DNA of 64,000 bases, from positions 1-64,000 of the forward strand of contig NKIB01008387.1 of the NCBI GenBank assembly GCA_002256025.1, read 5' to 3'. The DNA is from Asterionella formosa. Its lineage: Eukaryota. Shown here in pieces: positions 23,009-37,789 of the stretch. The notes under the pieces were generated by a model. It worked only from the letters and a program-made list of their open reading frames with translations, made no database searches and was not told where the DNA came from. A program made the position numbers and the translations under genes. Every line of letters begins with the position of its first letter. The first letter of the stretch is position 1.

Positions 23009-26000
23009 ATGGCGAAGAAAGCAATCCTTGATGTTCTGGAATCTACTATTGGCAAATACGTGAAAAATTTGGATGCAGAAAGCCTCAATGTTGCCGTTTG
23101 GAGCGGCAAGATAGAGCTTCATTCACTTGAACTCAATATCGATGCCGTAAACAAAGAACTTGACCGACAAGCAGCACACGCGCCTAATTTGGCCATACCA
23201 TTTCGCGTTACTGGGGGAAGTTTCGGGAGTTTCGAAGTTGACGTTCCGTGGGCCCGAATCACAAGTCGTCCTGTGGTCCTACGAGCGACAGGCCTCAAAG
23301 TCTTTGTAGAGCCACATGATCGACTTGCGAAACTGGATCGATTGGCATCCAAAGTAAACAGTGAACAGTCAAGGATTCAAAAATCAAAAAGAGATCGAGC
23401 CAAATCTATTAAAGTCAATGATGAATACAGAAAACAATCCAATGCTCTGCGTAAACTTGTAAATGTTGATGATGGCTCAAATAATTTGAAAGATGAACGA
23501 AGCAACGATTCGTTTGGAGGACGTTTAGTCCGTAGAATTGCAGAAAACCTTCAGGTCGAGATAGAAGACGTGCATATTTCTCTCATAGGCTGCGATGGCG
23601 CTGCTGGTGTGGTGCTGGCATCACTTTCACTCGTTACAACGGACAAATACGGAATGAGAACTTTTGTTGACCGGAGCCTTGGAGCCATGACTGCTGACTC
23701 ATCGTTTCTCTACAAAGCGTTGTCAATAAAAGGACTTGGGATTTACCTGGATGAAGTGAAAAATGACTTTTCTAGACCCTTCACGATTTCAGAGAAACAA
23801 GTGGTTACTGGGACGAACAAGGGCGTTGAGCATTCGTTCATCCTTGCTCCGTTATCATTCGAAGCCAAACTGCGACAGTGTGATGAAACAAAATGCCTTG
23901 ACTTCCCCAAATATTTGTTGTCGTCACAACTCTCTCAATTATCTATCCTGCTCTCAAGAAATCAGCTTGAGCTGGGTGAAAAGATATCGCGGGCTATCAT
24001 TTCTTCGAATCATGTGACACCCCTCTTTCCCGAGTACCGACCAATTGTCAGTGTCAGAAAGGGCACGGCAAAAGAATGGTGGATTTACGCCCTGCGTTGT
24101 ATTAACCGTTTGAATGGAAGGCGATCATGGGTGGAATTTTACCTGGCTTTTCAGAAGCGTCGAACGTACATCCCATTGTACAAGCGGGCGATATATAGCC
24201 CGTCCTGCGTCTGGTTAGCGAAACTTTCGACGACCGAGCAAGTTGAGTTGGATTTGATAGAAGAAGACCATTCCATATCAGTAGAAGGAATCATGGCGTG
24301 GAGAAACATTGCTGACGCGCAAGCTGATCTTGAACAGGAAAAGCACGCCGCCACGAGGAGAAAGGACAGTACAACCAGTGGCCTGATGAAAAACTTCTTT
24401 GGGAGCAAGGGAAAATCAGCAAGCACTCTCGAAGAGGATTCTCCACCAATATCACTATCAGTTGAAGAAATGAAAGAGCTTGAATCGATTACCCTCGAGC
24501 AAGCAGCTGATTCTGAGCTTTCAAAAGACGCCCGTTTGTGTGATGTCAAATTCGTTCTGGGATCTTTGAAAATCAACTTATCAACCCACACAATGAAACC
24601 ACTAGCCTCCCTCTCCCTTGGAATGGTGACGACCTCATTTGATGCAAATGTCGATGGTTCTTTCAATTTCAGACTGAAGCTTTCGAGCGTGCTTATTTAC
24701 GATACTGTGACAGTGAACAGTTTGTACAGCACAATCCTCCATAATTTACCATCGCCTGATGGCTTAACTGCGAAGGACGATTCGTTTGTGTTCCAGCTTT
24801 CCAATTCGAGTGATGGAAACAGGAATTTATCAATAAGAATGGTTGCTTTTGAGATGGTTGCTTCCCCAATTCTAGTCGTCGAAATGAAACAATTCTTTTC
24901 TTTGTCACAACGTCCCTCAAATATAGCACTTTCAAATACGAATCCGCTCCTGGCCCAGTCTGTATCCGGTTCTGTAGATCTTTTCTACGATGCAGACGAC
25001 GGCGAGAAGGGACGACCTGCAGCACATTTTATCTCGGATGCATTCATGGCGGAGCAAGAAGCTGCAACTGTCGACAAGCTGTCGTCCACATTGTTGTCAG
25101 CTTGGAGAAGTAAGGTAGAAGCGAAGAAGCAGTTTACGATCGATTGCGACTTGCACGCACCCATTATTATTGTTCCTGAAGACTGCGTAAATCGTGATGC
25201 TGTTGCATTGGTTTTTGATTTGGGTCACCTACAGCTTCGATTAGGGAATATCGATGTACCGAAAAAAGTACTGCAATGGACGGAGACAAACAAGATCTCC
25301 ATGCTAGAATGCCAGCTCGATCCTGGAAGTCTTTTGATGGAGAATTTAACCTTCTCGGTATGCACAACAAAGGAACTATTATCCAACAAAGACTTTGGGA
25401 ACGAAGCGCATCCATTCCAGACTGTTGTCGAACCGTTGTCGCTCAAGCTTGATTTTGGAATCGAGACGTCAACTGGCCTACCTGTCCCGAGAATATGTGC
25501 GTTCGGAGTAATTTCATCACTGGCCATGAGAGTATCACCTTCTCAAGTATTAAGTATGGCGTTGGTAGTGAAGAAATGGAAGGGTGTCCAAGATAGGTTA
25601 GGCGAAAATGGGAAAGTCGCAAACGCAAACGTGGGCATACCAATACTGGATGATGAGACTGCGTTCGACATACGACGGGAGAACACCACTTTATCACGAA
25701 GAGTTCCACAAGGTTTACCAGTAACTAGCACTGATCAGACGAAAGAATCAACCTCAATGGTTGCAAGTGCAATGCAGCTGTATGTGTCTGTGGCTCTTCA
25801 GAAGTTCTCTGTTTACTGTCAACTTGACAAGCGATTCTCTTATGATGATGTCATCCCACTCGATCAATATACCGCGGTTGACATTTCGTCGAATTCTATT
25901 TGTCATAATGGAGTAGAAGCTCACCTGGTTTCCGTTTCAGCATCGTCTGCTACATCTTTTGATGGAAACGTCTGCATTAATTTACGCATGGGATGGTTCT

Positions 26001-29000
26001 GGATTTTGGACCGCCTTAAGTCTGAACTACCCCGCCGCCAACGACTTCTCGCTCACTCGAACCTTCCACGCACTGCGGCAGATTTTGCTGTGCATAACGA
26101 GTACGATATATTCGGTGAACTTCAAAAACTCGGTGTTTTTTCCGATGATTATGTTGGGTCCTATGAGCTCGCAGATATCTCTGCAGTCGTTAAAAGTTCT
26201 TGTTGCAAAATTCCCCCAGACCAAATTTTTAATGTAGAGCGCCCTTTTGAAAATCGAGCTGCGGTCGATGTAATTTTGGACATGAAATTCACAAGCTTGT
26301 TTGTGAACTGGAATCCAAGTGTGTTGAAGACCATTGTGCAAGTTTCCAACGAAGCAATCAATATGATTGATGACAGAGCCCAAGACACCGCTGCTGTCAT
26401 CATTCCAGTACGCCACAGTCGCACTAAAAGTTTTGTGGAGAAACTGACGCCCAGCAAGATACAGTCATCTTTGATAGTCACTGCTCAGCTTGAGCATTTC
26501 GCAGTATCCCTGAACTCTGCTCGTGACGATTTGCCTCTTTATGTCTTCAGCATGTCAGGGACTCGGATATCAATCCTATCATGTCAAAAATACAAGCAAG
26601 AAATTCTTGCTGATTTTGAGCTTGGCGATGTTAGAATTTCAACCCCTGCCATCAACTCAACAAAATTGATGTATAGATCTCTTCTCGGCCTCGCCCCTTC
26701 GTATTCTGCGAGTTTGCTTTCCGTGCACTACTTCGTGGGCCGACGACCTCTTCATTCGGCTATTCTTGACCAGAGTATTGATAAAGCCAAATGTGAAGCC
26801 TATGCTGCTGTCGAACTATCGCCGATGAGGTTTGTATACATACAAGCGCAGGTTTTGACGTTGGTTGAGTACATCAATGATGGAATCCTTGGTGCAATAA
26901 CTGCACGTGCTGCGGCGTCTGCCGCAAATGTCGCCGTTGATATAGTCTCATCTGAAGTTGGAGAGAAGGTTTTTTCCATAAAAGCTGTTGGGTTTGATCT
27001 GATTCTCCCTGAAGCAGCTAGCAGTCCAAAACACTTCATTGTTCATGCTGGTGATCTGAGCATCCACCATAGAGTGTTTTCAGACCCTGGTGGAAGCGCC
27101 ACAACGTTGTCGCTATCGGGAGTCTCGTTGCATGATGGGCTGACCGATACGATGGTCGACAAGCCGATCAAATTGAATGTTAAGGTCGACCTTCCACCTC
27201 ATGCAACCGGATCAGTGGAATGCGATACTATATTCGCGGCCATTGAGATCTCCAAAGCATCCTTCTTGTTGACAAGGGCTCAGTATCGTCAAGTAATGCA
27301 TATGCTAGACTGCAACATCGGCGAGTCTGATCCCTTTCTTCGCGAGGTTTTTGATCCCAAGCTTGTCAATCTTGATGCCACTGAGGTCCAAGAGAAAGCA
27401 AGCGATGACACTTCCCGGCATATAACTCATGCTGGTCTCGCCATAGTGGAGAATACGAAGAAAATCAATCTTGACCTTCGAATTGAGCTTCTTTCTCTTG
27501 AGATATGCAATACTGATCTTTCAGATCCGCTTGCCAAGATTTCAGCTGCAAACACCCGAATAAATATGAAATTAATTCCTGATCAAGACCAACTGAAATA
27601 TGAGATAATGCTTCACCATCTGATCTGTGAGGACCGAAGGCTAAAATCGGCGAATCGCCCTTTCCGGAATTTGATATCCCAGTCCCACGGTGGACAGAAA
27701 GTAGAATCCTCTGACGTTTTCTTTGTCTCAGTGTCGAATGACAAGATGCTACATAAAACAGACGTTTCGTTGATTTTGGGAGCACCACAAGTTGTGATAG
27801 TTCCTGATGCTATTGCCGATATTCTAAGTTTTTTAAGCCTAGAGGAATCTTCAATTAGGAATCTGCCAGTGTCAGACTATTTGGATGAGTTACCCAGAAA
27901 GGATAAGGAATTTGAGCTTGATTCAGATGGAATTTCAATGGAAATAGCATTCGCGGTGATGAAGGAAACATTGACGTTGTCGTTAGTCACTGAAGACTGC
28001 GGCATTGTTCTCGTTGACATGGGGAGCTCGTCACTGGCAGAGGGAAATATTGCAAGGTCCTTGACAGCAAAGGGATATCAGACTCAAGTTACAGAATCTA
28101 TCGTGCTACAAGGCAAGTTCACTGCACACATCAAGACAGAAACGGAGGTAAAGAACAAACCAAGTTCTAGAGTTGACCTGGATCTGCATGGTAGCTGTGT
28201 AGAAGGTAAGGGGTGACCGGAATGTGCTTCCAACAATTCAATTGTTTGTTTACTAATCAATTTTAACCAGTTTACACTGCCTATGGCTGTGAGCTCAGCA
28301 GTCCACTTCAAATCGTGGAACCAACATCATATTCCGTATTTTTCAGCATTCATCCCAAACCTGGTGGAGCTACGGAGGTTGAATTGAGAGCCGTAACTCT
28401 GGAGCCACTTGAAATTACTTTCTCCGTGCAAAACGCTGCACTTTGTAAAGCCATATCATCAAGTTTAAAAGGATCACTGGTTGAAAGTCGATCTTTGGAA
28501 TCCAAACGCGTCAACGTTGTCCCGTTGAGTGAACGCGAGACCAAGAGAATTGAAGCTCTCGCATCTGCGTTGGCTAGAACAGATACTACTGGGACTGAAG
28601 ATAGTTTTGCATTAGCACCGACAGCGACTGACGGATCATCCCATGACAGCAATACCAATGGTAATAATTTTGACTCAACTTTGACGCAATGGAAACTGAA
28701 GATGACTCTTCCAGAGACAAACATTACTGTGGTTAACGACCTGCAGGGTCTCGACGACGCCTTATTTCGGTTGTCAATATCCAACCTTGTAACTGGAGCT
28801 GAAGGAACAAAATATCAGCTGCAGGACAAACCACAAATGACTTATGAATTTCACGTGAACTCTACGCTATCCGCAGACTACTTTGATTCGTCTGTGAATC
28901 ATTGGAAGAAGCTACTCAAGAAACCCTGGGAAACGACCCTAAACAGTACACGAGGAGTGAGTAAGCGATTTCGATCCAATAGATTGTCAACAACGCTTGA

Positions 29001-32000
29001 TATTGAATCTTTCCCCTGCCACTTATCGTTCTCGGAGCAATTCCTGGTCAGTTTGAACGCTGCAAGCAAGATGTGGGCCATTTATTCCAGGGCAATTAGT
29101 TTAGCAACTGGAATTGACATTGGTGCTGACGACGGAGCAAACCACTCTGTCGCAAAGGAGGCTTTAGCCGCAAATGCGGCTAGGAACTTGGTTGTATCTC
29201 TGCCGTACGCCGTCGAGAATCATTCTGGTATCGATGCTTTCTTTACGTGCACAGGAAGCACGACTAGCGAAAAGCATCGAAAGTCATGTCCCACGGGAAC
29301 AATACAATATTTTCGTTTCGATGCTCCTCGCGGCACTGGCTATGGGGGACGTAGATTGTATGGACAGGACGCCGTGCTACTCAAATCTCTCGCTATTCAC
29401 GTTGGAAATGCAAAGATTGAAATATCCCACCTTGATGAAGAGATAGGTCGACCAAGACGAGCTCATAATATTGGGAATGGCCGAATTTTGATCGCTCATG
29501 TCACTCGGGATAGTAAATCAACGGTAAGCCAATCTTTTCTTCGTTGGTTAACCTTCACCTCTACGTTTTCTAATTTAATTGTCACAAACAGGTACTTCAT
29601 TTGAGCAGTCATGTCGAAATGCATAACGATACCTCGATTCCATTCGATGTATCTGTGCTAGTTGGCAGTGAAAGCTTCTTCGTCGGGACATGCGGCGGTC
29701 GAAGTGGGGACACCAGCCCTTGGTCGCCGGAGCGATCTTCGCTTCCTCAGCGCGAGGGAGGTGTTTCAAGAAAGACAAAGAAGTTTGGCATTCCGATTCA
29801 TTTACTAGACTCGTTTCAAATTAAATCCTCCAAGGAACGAGCAAGTGCAGCAGCATCTTTACAAGTATCGCCGCAGCTGGAGGGATCCCATCGTCCTCTT
29901 GTTGGCAACTTCAATATTCCGTCGTGCCAGACAATTTTGCTGTCTGCAGTCAACGATCAGTCTCAAACTATCTTTGATGTCACTTGCAGAGATAATTTGG
30001 CTAACAGTGATCACTCTGAAAGGACACAGGATCCATTTGTTCTACAAGTTCGAATGAATGTGACTATTATCAACGAAGCAAATCCTTTCATTGAGATTTT
30101 TTTGAAACCGCGGGCAACAATCGAGAATAAAACTCCTATTTCTCTTTCCGTTAGAACTCCAATGCCTTACACATTTATTCTTTCTCAACAGAAAGTAACT
30201 TCACTGAGCAGAAAGACTTCTCGTGGGGAGCGACAGCACGAAATCATACATGAGTTAGCACCAAATGATGGTATCGAAATTTTTACTCCAAGTCCATCCA
30301 TCGCGATTGGTATCAAATGTAACGACCAGCCTGTCGGCGGGGGTTTAACTGGATGGATGAAAGGTGACTGGGTTGACTTGCCGATGGTACCAGAGTTCAG
30401 ATTACCCGAGCCTCTACGATGTATGTTTCCGTTTGAGACAAACCGTCGTGTTGGCATCGAAGGAAGTGAATTCTTTATCATCGAGGCAGGCGATGACCTG
30501 TCAGAAGCAGTCCTTGAACAACGGGCAGAGCATCTAGGAGAAATGGTGACAAAATATTCTCAAGCCGGAAATGATTCAAACGAGATGCTCTCTCCAACGC
30601 TGGCAGGGATCGATACTATGCGACGTTATCACGTGACCGTGTGCAACTATGGTGTAGACCATACTGGGGGTATCCTTTTCGAGCAGGTAGTGCTAACGGA
30701 CCGGCAACTAAGGGGTTCACAAGCGTTGGATTCAAGCGTTTTAAAAAGATCTCTAGCAATACCCACACTATCACCTTTTAGTGCCTTCGCGTCCACGAAG
30801 AAACAGGCCCGTATTTCACTTCTGCCTGGTTCATCGGTACCTTTGCGAATCTTGCACCTGACCATGGATGGGCAAGATGGTTTGCGACGAAGTTTGCCTT
30901 TCAGAATTGAAGATATATCTATTTGCAGTGGTGGAATCAACTCAACTCCTCTCCTATGGGAAGATAATTCTGCTTCTGGGTTTTTTGCGTTCCGCCGGCT
31001 AATTGGATCGGAATCTTTCCAAACTGAGATACACATTATTCCTGAGTTCATAATTTATAACGGGAGCAAGAGCCGGGCCGTACTTATTCGCCAACAAGGA
31101 GGGCATGGTCCAACTACCGAGATTTATTTGGAACCCGGGAAGACAGCACCAATTAAAATGTTCGGAAAATCTGGCCTAGTTTTGTCCTTGCTTTATGTTG
31201 AGCTCGGGGGAGTGACTCCTTGGATGAGGATGGACGATTTAAGCCACAAAGTCGTGATTATTCGATCGATGGATAACTTTCCGCTGGGTAGCTTAGCGTG
31301 TCAAACTGTGATTGGCTCCACAGATTCTAGACTTGTAATAAAACTTGGTGACATACAATTTGGCTCCGGGTCACGGGAAATGGTAGACGAGACATCGTTG
31401 CCAAGCAATCCATTTGCTGATGATTTCCTGAGAATTCGAGTTAGGTGGTCGGAACTCCGTGTGACGCTTAATGAACCGACTCTTACCGACAACGGGAGGA
31501 AGGGAAGCGGGAGTGCTATTGTTGAGTCAGCTTTAGACCATATCTTGGCAAAGAAAGGAAATGTCTCGAAGGAATCGCCTTTCACACTAAAGAAGGGGTC
31601 ACCCTCGCCTAAGAAGACATGGGTAGAGGCACGGAGGGATCTTAATCTTGGATTGTCATCGGAAGGTGAGGCCATTGAAGATTACAGCCAAGCACCTGTC
31701 TGTACTTTAGTATTTCACAGGTTTACCATTGATTGGCAAAAAATCTTCAAAGAGTCGAGTACTCATACTGGCGTTAAGTGCGCCTTGTTGTCTCCCGAGC
31801 GATCTCAGCTTTCTATGATCATTCACCATGTACAGATTCTTGATAAGACACGTCTGACTCCGTTTCCTACCGTGTTCGAATCAACATCTTCTATTAGCTT
31901 TTTTGACCTTTGTGTGAGATTTCGTGGACCCTTGAATGCTGATCTCGTTAAGGTTGACCTTGTGGATCTCAACCTTGCTCACATCAACGGAAAGTCAGAA

Positions 32001-33248
32001 CGCATATCTTTGAAAACAAACGAAGATTTTATATGGAAAATGCTTGATATTTTCAATCGAATCATTGTGGCTACTGCTGAGCTAGCAGGTGTGGACATAC
32101 ACTTAGAATGGGACGAACATGATGGTGAATTTATCGTCAAAATGGAAACAATGCACGAGAAGGATGCGCTCGATGATATCGGAGCGATTTATACCCCTCC
32201 AAAGAGTAACCGGCTCTTTGATGTCAATAAATTGAGGATTTCTCCTTTCAAAATTGTTGTGAGCTTCAAGCGGCAGCCTCAGGCGAACAGATATAAGCGA
32301 CTTCGCGATGTAAGTGGTGCAAGGATACTGAATTATTTCACGACAAAGCTAAAGTTTACGTTGGACAAGGCTGAACTTTCATTTTCACGATACGAGGCAT
32401 CCAACATGAAGGGCCCCGCCGATAAGCTACTTGAAATTATGGCTGCAGTCTACATTTCTCGCATGAAGCTGAAATTCATGACTATTCTTAGTGCTGTGAG
32501 CTTTCAAGATTGGAAGTCGTTGGCCTCCAGAGAAGGAGGTGATGATGAATTCCAGCCAGGTGATATTGCTCGTGTAACTGGGAATCTAGCTGGAAAGTCT
32601 GCTGATGTTGTTTTTAATAAGGTTGGCCATAAGATTGGAAATGGACTGAGCTCCATGACAAGTAGACTTGGTGATGAGATTGAGAGTGCCACCGGAAAGG
32701 TCGGTGCTCAGTCATTTGGGGCAGGAGTCAATAGTGTGGTAACTGGGCTTGGTGATGGTGTCAGTGATAGTTTGAAAGGTGGTAAGTGCCTATGCGGCAT
32801 TGGTAGCTTCCACAACACACATGATGACCTCATTGGTATCACTAACTTGCATTCATTTCAGTTGGTTCAGGTACTGGGAAGGTTCTAAAAGGTGCTGGAC
32901 AAGGCATCGGTCATGTTTTTGGTGGAGGTAAGTGAGAAGCAAAATATCTGTTGAGAATTCATGATGAATTGTAGACTCATCTGTTATTTAGTGACTGGAG
33001 CTGTGCTTTTGGCTGGAAAAGGAATTGGAAAAGGTGTTACTCAAGGTGATGGGAGGGCCATTTTAGATGGTTTTTCTGATGGTGCAAAATCAATTGGAAA
33101 GGGATTTGGTCAAGGGGTGAACACCACGGTGACGGGCGCTGCTGATGGCGTTTTGACAGCTGGACATGGGTTGGTATCAGGAGCGAAAAATATTGGGAAG
33201 GGTTTAGGAGGAGCATTATTTGGCAAGAAGGCTGTACCTAAGAAATGA
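23009..33248 (+). CDS. VPS13: VPS13-family bridge-like lipid transfer protein, 5 exons (23009-28205, 28271-29523, 29592-32781, 32862-32927, 32992-33248), ~3320 aa
   Basis: Chorein_N start MAKKAILDVLESTIGKYVKNLD..LNVAVWSGKIEL; glycine-rich ATG2_C-like C-terminus; four GT..AG introns (65, 68, 80, 64 nt) join the ORF pieces in frame (9963 nt). Confidence 0.92.
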
Positions 33249-33862
33249 TATATCATGAGAGATTTGATTTGGCCTTGTGCAATGTGGTTATCTAGGGATT
33301 AATTGCACCTGGTACGAGTGCCTGGCATAGTATCATGGTTCAGTTGTCCATGTGTAAAATGATGCTGGCATCTGTTCTGATGCAAATCAATGCAATAGAT
33401 ATTGGGTCCATATTGGACAGAGGGATCAGACTGATACTTCGTCTTTTCTGCTATAGTTGCAACAAACCAATTTGGTTGTGCCCTTTCTTAATGGAAATTC
33501 TCTGATAATTGTCTGGCTAGCTGCCCCTCAAAGCTATCAAAAAATTGTTCCACATCAAATGGTGTATATAATATGTTCAAAGTCTTCTGTAAATAGTCAA
33601 ACTTGACTTTGTTTTTTGGGAGCAGCATTCTTCGTAGAATCATGACCCCCCTTGACAACCATGAAGGATTCTCCAGCCGCTTAGCTATACACAACAACTA
33701 AAGTGGTTCACTCTAGTGTTTTCTAAGTACAAAGGAATCACATTATTTCAGCTGAGTACATCAAAGCCTATGTGGGCTGCAGTGGGAACCTGCAAGTTGC
33801 ACTAATTTTGCTTCTTTGTGTACTCATTCCCAAAACCAACAAATATTTCCCAACTCGGCAGC

Positions 33863-34234
33863 TGTTAAGAAATCGAAGTATGAAACTTCTAATGGCTCAC
33901 ACCTGCAGGCCGTACAAAGACAACTGGACAAAATTTGATAAATTCAGATAATTAGGGACAAACATGTTCTGATGAATCGTAATTTTGGGTTAAGTATTTA
34001 GGAACTATGTTAGTTTAATCAAATGCGAATAAAATTCGCTGTTCTAAGTCCTACATGGAGACTTATTCAGATATAAGGTAAAAGGTAAAGATGTATAAAG
34101 AAGGATAATTTCAAAGTAAGTGAGATTAAGCACACACTTCACGCTTTCCACTATTGCTAAAACCTGCCTACTAGTCATTGCTATACCATATTGCTATGGA
34201 TCACTATGTGTATTGCATCAATCTTAATTGTTCA
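33863..34234 (-). repeat. Probable 3' LTR (~372 bp) of the minus-strand Copia
   Basis: On the minus strand the PPT TTGAGGGGAC is followed directly by TGAACAATT. The distal end ...TCTTAACA was chosen from the TG/CA rule; there is no partner LTR to confirm it. Confidence 0.55.
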
Positions 34235-34374
34235 GTCCCCTCAAGCAATGTGGAGGGAACCGAGATGTTACTCACCACAAATCCATGACCTGGTTTTCAA
34301 AGTCTCATGCCTTGCATGTCCAGGAGGTAACCAATCATCCCATGACAATTGATGAACCTAGGCTGTACTCGATT

Positions 34375-37300
34375 TCAATACATGAATCAATCACACAAAA
34401 AATCTTTGGTTGCTTGCGCCAATGGCTTAGTCAGTACATCAGCCAAATTTGTCTTTCCACCTTCTTTTGTCACCGTGATTGTGCCCGCTACAACTGCTTC
34501 TCTTGAACGATGATAAGCAATTGAGTTATGTTTCTTCTTAAGCGTAGATTCCAGGAAAATCTTTTTCTTGGTTATGGCCTCATTGTCACAAAAAACCTTG
34601 GTCGGCCCTCTATTGGCATTCCGAACATTCTCAACTTGTAACGCAAAGCCTCCACCAATTCCACAGAAATCCTCATTGCAACAAACTTGCTTCCAAAAGT
34701 CGATGTCTTGACTGTATTTTGACATTTGCTATACCAAACTTCTGTTGCCCTGTTAACAAAGAGTAAGATAACAGTTTGTGAGTGCCTTGTCACACAATTA
34801 CCTGCATGGTTGGCGTCGACAAAACAATGCGTTGACACCTCATTTCCATGAGCTTCCGGCATGTCCCCTGGAATTGGCTCTTTTGCCCCGCAATAGAAAT
34901 CATGCCAATCGCACTTGACGAATCTTGATTTGTCAATGTCAGGTTGCTGGGAGTCAAATGCTAACATTCTCTCAGGTCTTGCTTTCAAGTATCCGAAAAC
35001 ATGATAAACCTGTTGAAGATGTCCCTCTAAAGGAAATGCAAGGTGAGAAGACAGCATTGACACTTCCACTGCAATATCAATCCTACCAAGTTCTATCGAC
35101 CACCACAGGGCTCCAATCATCTCTTGATAATAGCGGATGGCTTCTAATTTTCGCTCCGCCGTTGTGTCCAGCTCTGGCTCGTAATTGGCTTGAATCGGTG
35201 TCATGATGCATCAGGATGGTAATCTTGGACCGCTTGATTCCTATGCTGCTTCTACATTTCCTGTTGATGCTTTGACGTACTGCTCCGATGACGTTGTCCA
35301 GCATCTAGTTGCATTTATGATCTTTTGTGTCAGCTGTGCCCCAAGATAATTTTCTGGTTTTTCGCTCTTGTTGTCTTTCGATTTAAGCATTTCTTGTATG
35401 CCATTCATCATTGCATGTGGGTCATGGGATATACATAAGATATTATCTACATATACAAGTGTAATTTCATACTAGCTAGTACTCAAACCCATTGGGCTTT
35501 GTGGCTGGTTGGATAAACACATCTGGATCTGTTTTTCTTGGCATATAGCTCAAATTGTATAGGGTCTCAGCCAAATGCGCTCGAAAGTCCGCTCTGCTAG
35601 ACTTGATTCCATACAATGCTTTCCGAATGACCATCAAACTTCCAGCTTCTGATCCGAATTCAGGCCCTGCAATTATATATATTTTCTCACGGCAGTCCGC
35701 AGTCAGGTATGCATTTTGGATATCACACGCCCCAGTAATTCAAGGTCATTAAGAGATGCAATTAATAAAGCAATGCTCACCGAATCCCTCAAACCACCGA
35801 GGAGTATGTCAGTGCCGCTTTGGCCTCTGTTTCATTACCATTAGCAACTAATCTTACCCTCTGTCTGAAGTTTTCTCCCATCATAATGTCAAAGATAAAG
35901 TGACACTTGAGTATCTCATATCCTGGAGGCAATTCGCTCCTTTTCATTCTTTTCCCATTTCTCAAATGCTGGCCTTGGATTTTTCATCTCTGTACAAAGT
36001 GCGTCCTGCCAGAGACTATTGCGATTTTTTTTGTCAATCGCAATTGCTTGTTCAACTGATTTCGGAATACAAATTCCAAATTTATGCGCACCAGTAATTA
36101 GAATTTTTTCTGATAGTATTCTATTGCGTTTCTTTATGATGTTGCTGGCCCACCAAGCAAAAGCTGGCTGCTTGTCGATTCATTTGGCAAATGCGTACTC
36201 TGCAACCAGGACAGGGTATGACTATTTTACATCCTTCAGGGCAACCCAATTGGTACTACCATCTTTCCACTGACACAACATGTGCCATCCTTGTGTAGTT
36301 TCACGCCTTCTTTTAATGCCATTCTTAATTGTTACAAAGGCGTCGTCTTTATCAATATCGCTATTATTTCACTGATGGTCAATGATAGCTTCCAAGAGGA
36401 TATGCCTATTCCCTTCCGCATCAATCTGTGAATACAAGTTTTGTGTAATAAGATTAGCAGATAACGATTCCAATACATCATCCTTAAATTCAACAGAATA
36501 CTCTCTTTTGTTGAGTAATGGGTTCACATTTGCCATGCCAAGCGGTCGTCCTTCTGCATCACATAGCCGCTTTGTGACTTTACCAAACTGCACATCGCAT
36601 TTTTCGTTTTCTCCCCTTGTCAACGCCACTCCTTGTCGAGATATGTATCGTCAAAGGTGCCAGGAGTAAAGGTTTCATCCACTTGTGGGATACTTGAATC
36701 GGATATAATGGCATTGAATTGTGTTGCAAATTCTGTATTATTATCTTCAGTGTAGTCATCCCATTTCTGTAAATGACGCTCATCTTGCTGCTATTCTATG
36801 ATATGATTATCATCTTTCAAGATGTCAGCAACTCGCTCGTCATACTGTATACATCGTTGTTTTACTTCATTTGTTCATAACTCCAGGTTTGTTACATGCT
36901 GTACTGTGGTTCTTGAAATAACTCTTCCATTTGGGGTCAAGATCCAGAACAACATTAGATTGCCAATATGCTGTCAGACACTAAGCCAATGACCAAACAT
37001 ATTGTCACCAACCCCTGCATTTTCGCGATAACAAATCCAACCATAGAAACTGAAATCAAGATACTCTGAAATGTCAGGAGTTTCGCCTGTCACCTGTTCA
37101 AGTGGTGTGCGACCCTCGAGTTGAAATGATGAGTTTGCTGTTAATGACATTGTCTCACACACCCATACTATACCATGATAGTAGTCCCACAGACATTTTG
37201 GTACTCTCTGCTTTGTCATTTGGCGAAACCACTTCCTTTTCACTTCTCGAATTACCGCTTCAGCTCTGTTCTGTTGCAGGCGATGTGGTTCACTGACATG

Positions 37301-37400
37301 ATACCCTATGCCATATTTCCTTACTATAATCTGAATAAATTCAGTTTTGGGACCATTTTGTTCGCTCTCGCCATTATCTTGAATATCCTCGCCTGTTCGG
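34375..37400 (-). pseudogene. pol: Ty1/Copia (diatom CoDi-like) pol: integrase, RT and RNase H; 5'-truncated and decayed
   Basis: Integrase SEPHRLQQNRAEAVIREVKRKW and GETPDISEYLDFSFY; RT DIQNAYL, KALYG and VYVDN remnants; RNase H FVDANHAG, TSTFGSKF, CDNEA and NLADVLTKPL; IN precedes RT. Confidence 0.92.
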
Positions 37401-37404
37401 TCCA

Positions 37405-37622
37405 GCAAGTCGATTGCTACAACGTTGATGCGGATCTTGCTGGACTGTTTGCCATTGAAAATTATGTATATCCCATCTCCGTCAAATCACGAACCAGATA
37501 TGTGGTTCTCTACAAGCGCAGCCCTCTTCTCTGGGTTTCTAAAATGCAGACACAGATTGCGCTGAGCATAATGTAGGCCAAAGACATTGCCCTTTCTGAA
37601 GCCATGTGCGATCTTATTCCAA
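37405..37622 (+). pseudogene. RNase H fragment of a different Copia lineage, in the opposite orientation
   Basis: VDADLAGLF...SVKSRTRYVVLY..PLLWVSKMQTQIALSIM*AKDIALSEAMCDLIP. Confidence 0.85.
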
Positions 37623-37707
37623 TCCAATCCAATCCAATCCAATCCAATCCAATCCAATCCAATCCAATCCAATCCAATCCAATCCCAATCCCAATCCCAA
37701 TCCCAAT
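37618..37707. repeat. (CCAAT)n microsatellite turning into (CCCAAT)n
   Basis: About 13 pentamers followed by 4 hexamers. Confidence 0.98.
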
Positions 37708-37789
37708 AACAACAAGCAACAAGCAACAACAACAGCAGTAATATGCCGCGTTCCAGTGGTGGGCATCTTGTTTCGGAAATTCGATCACA

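Noticed and set aside
23119..32692. Numerous short antisense or overlapping ORFs within VPS13 (likewise within the LINE, ENT and TPR genes)
   Set aside because: Shadow frames of real coding sequence
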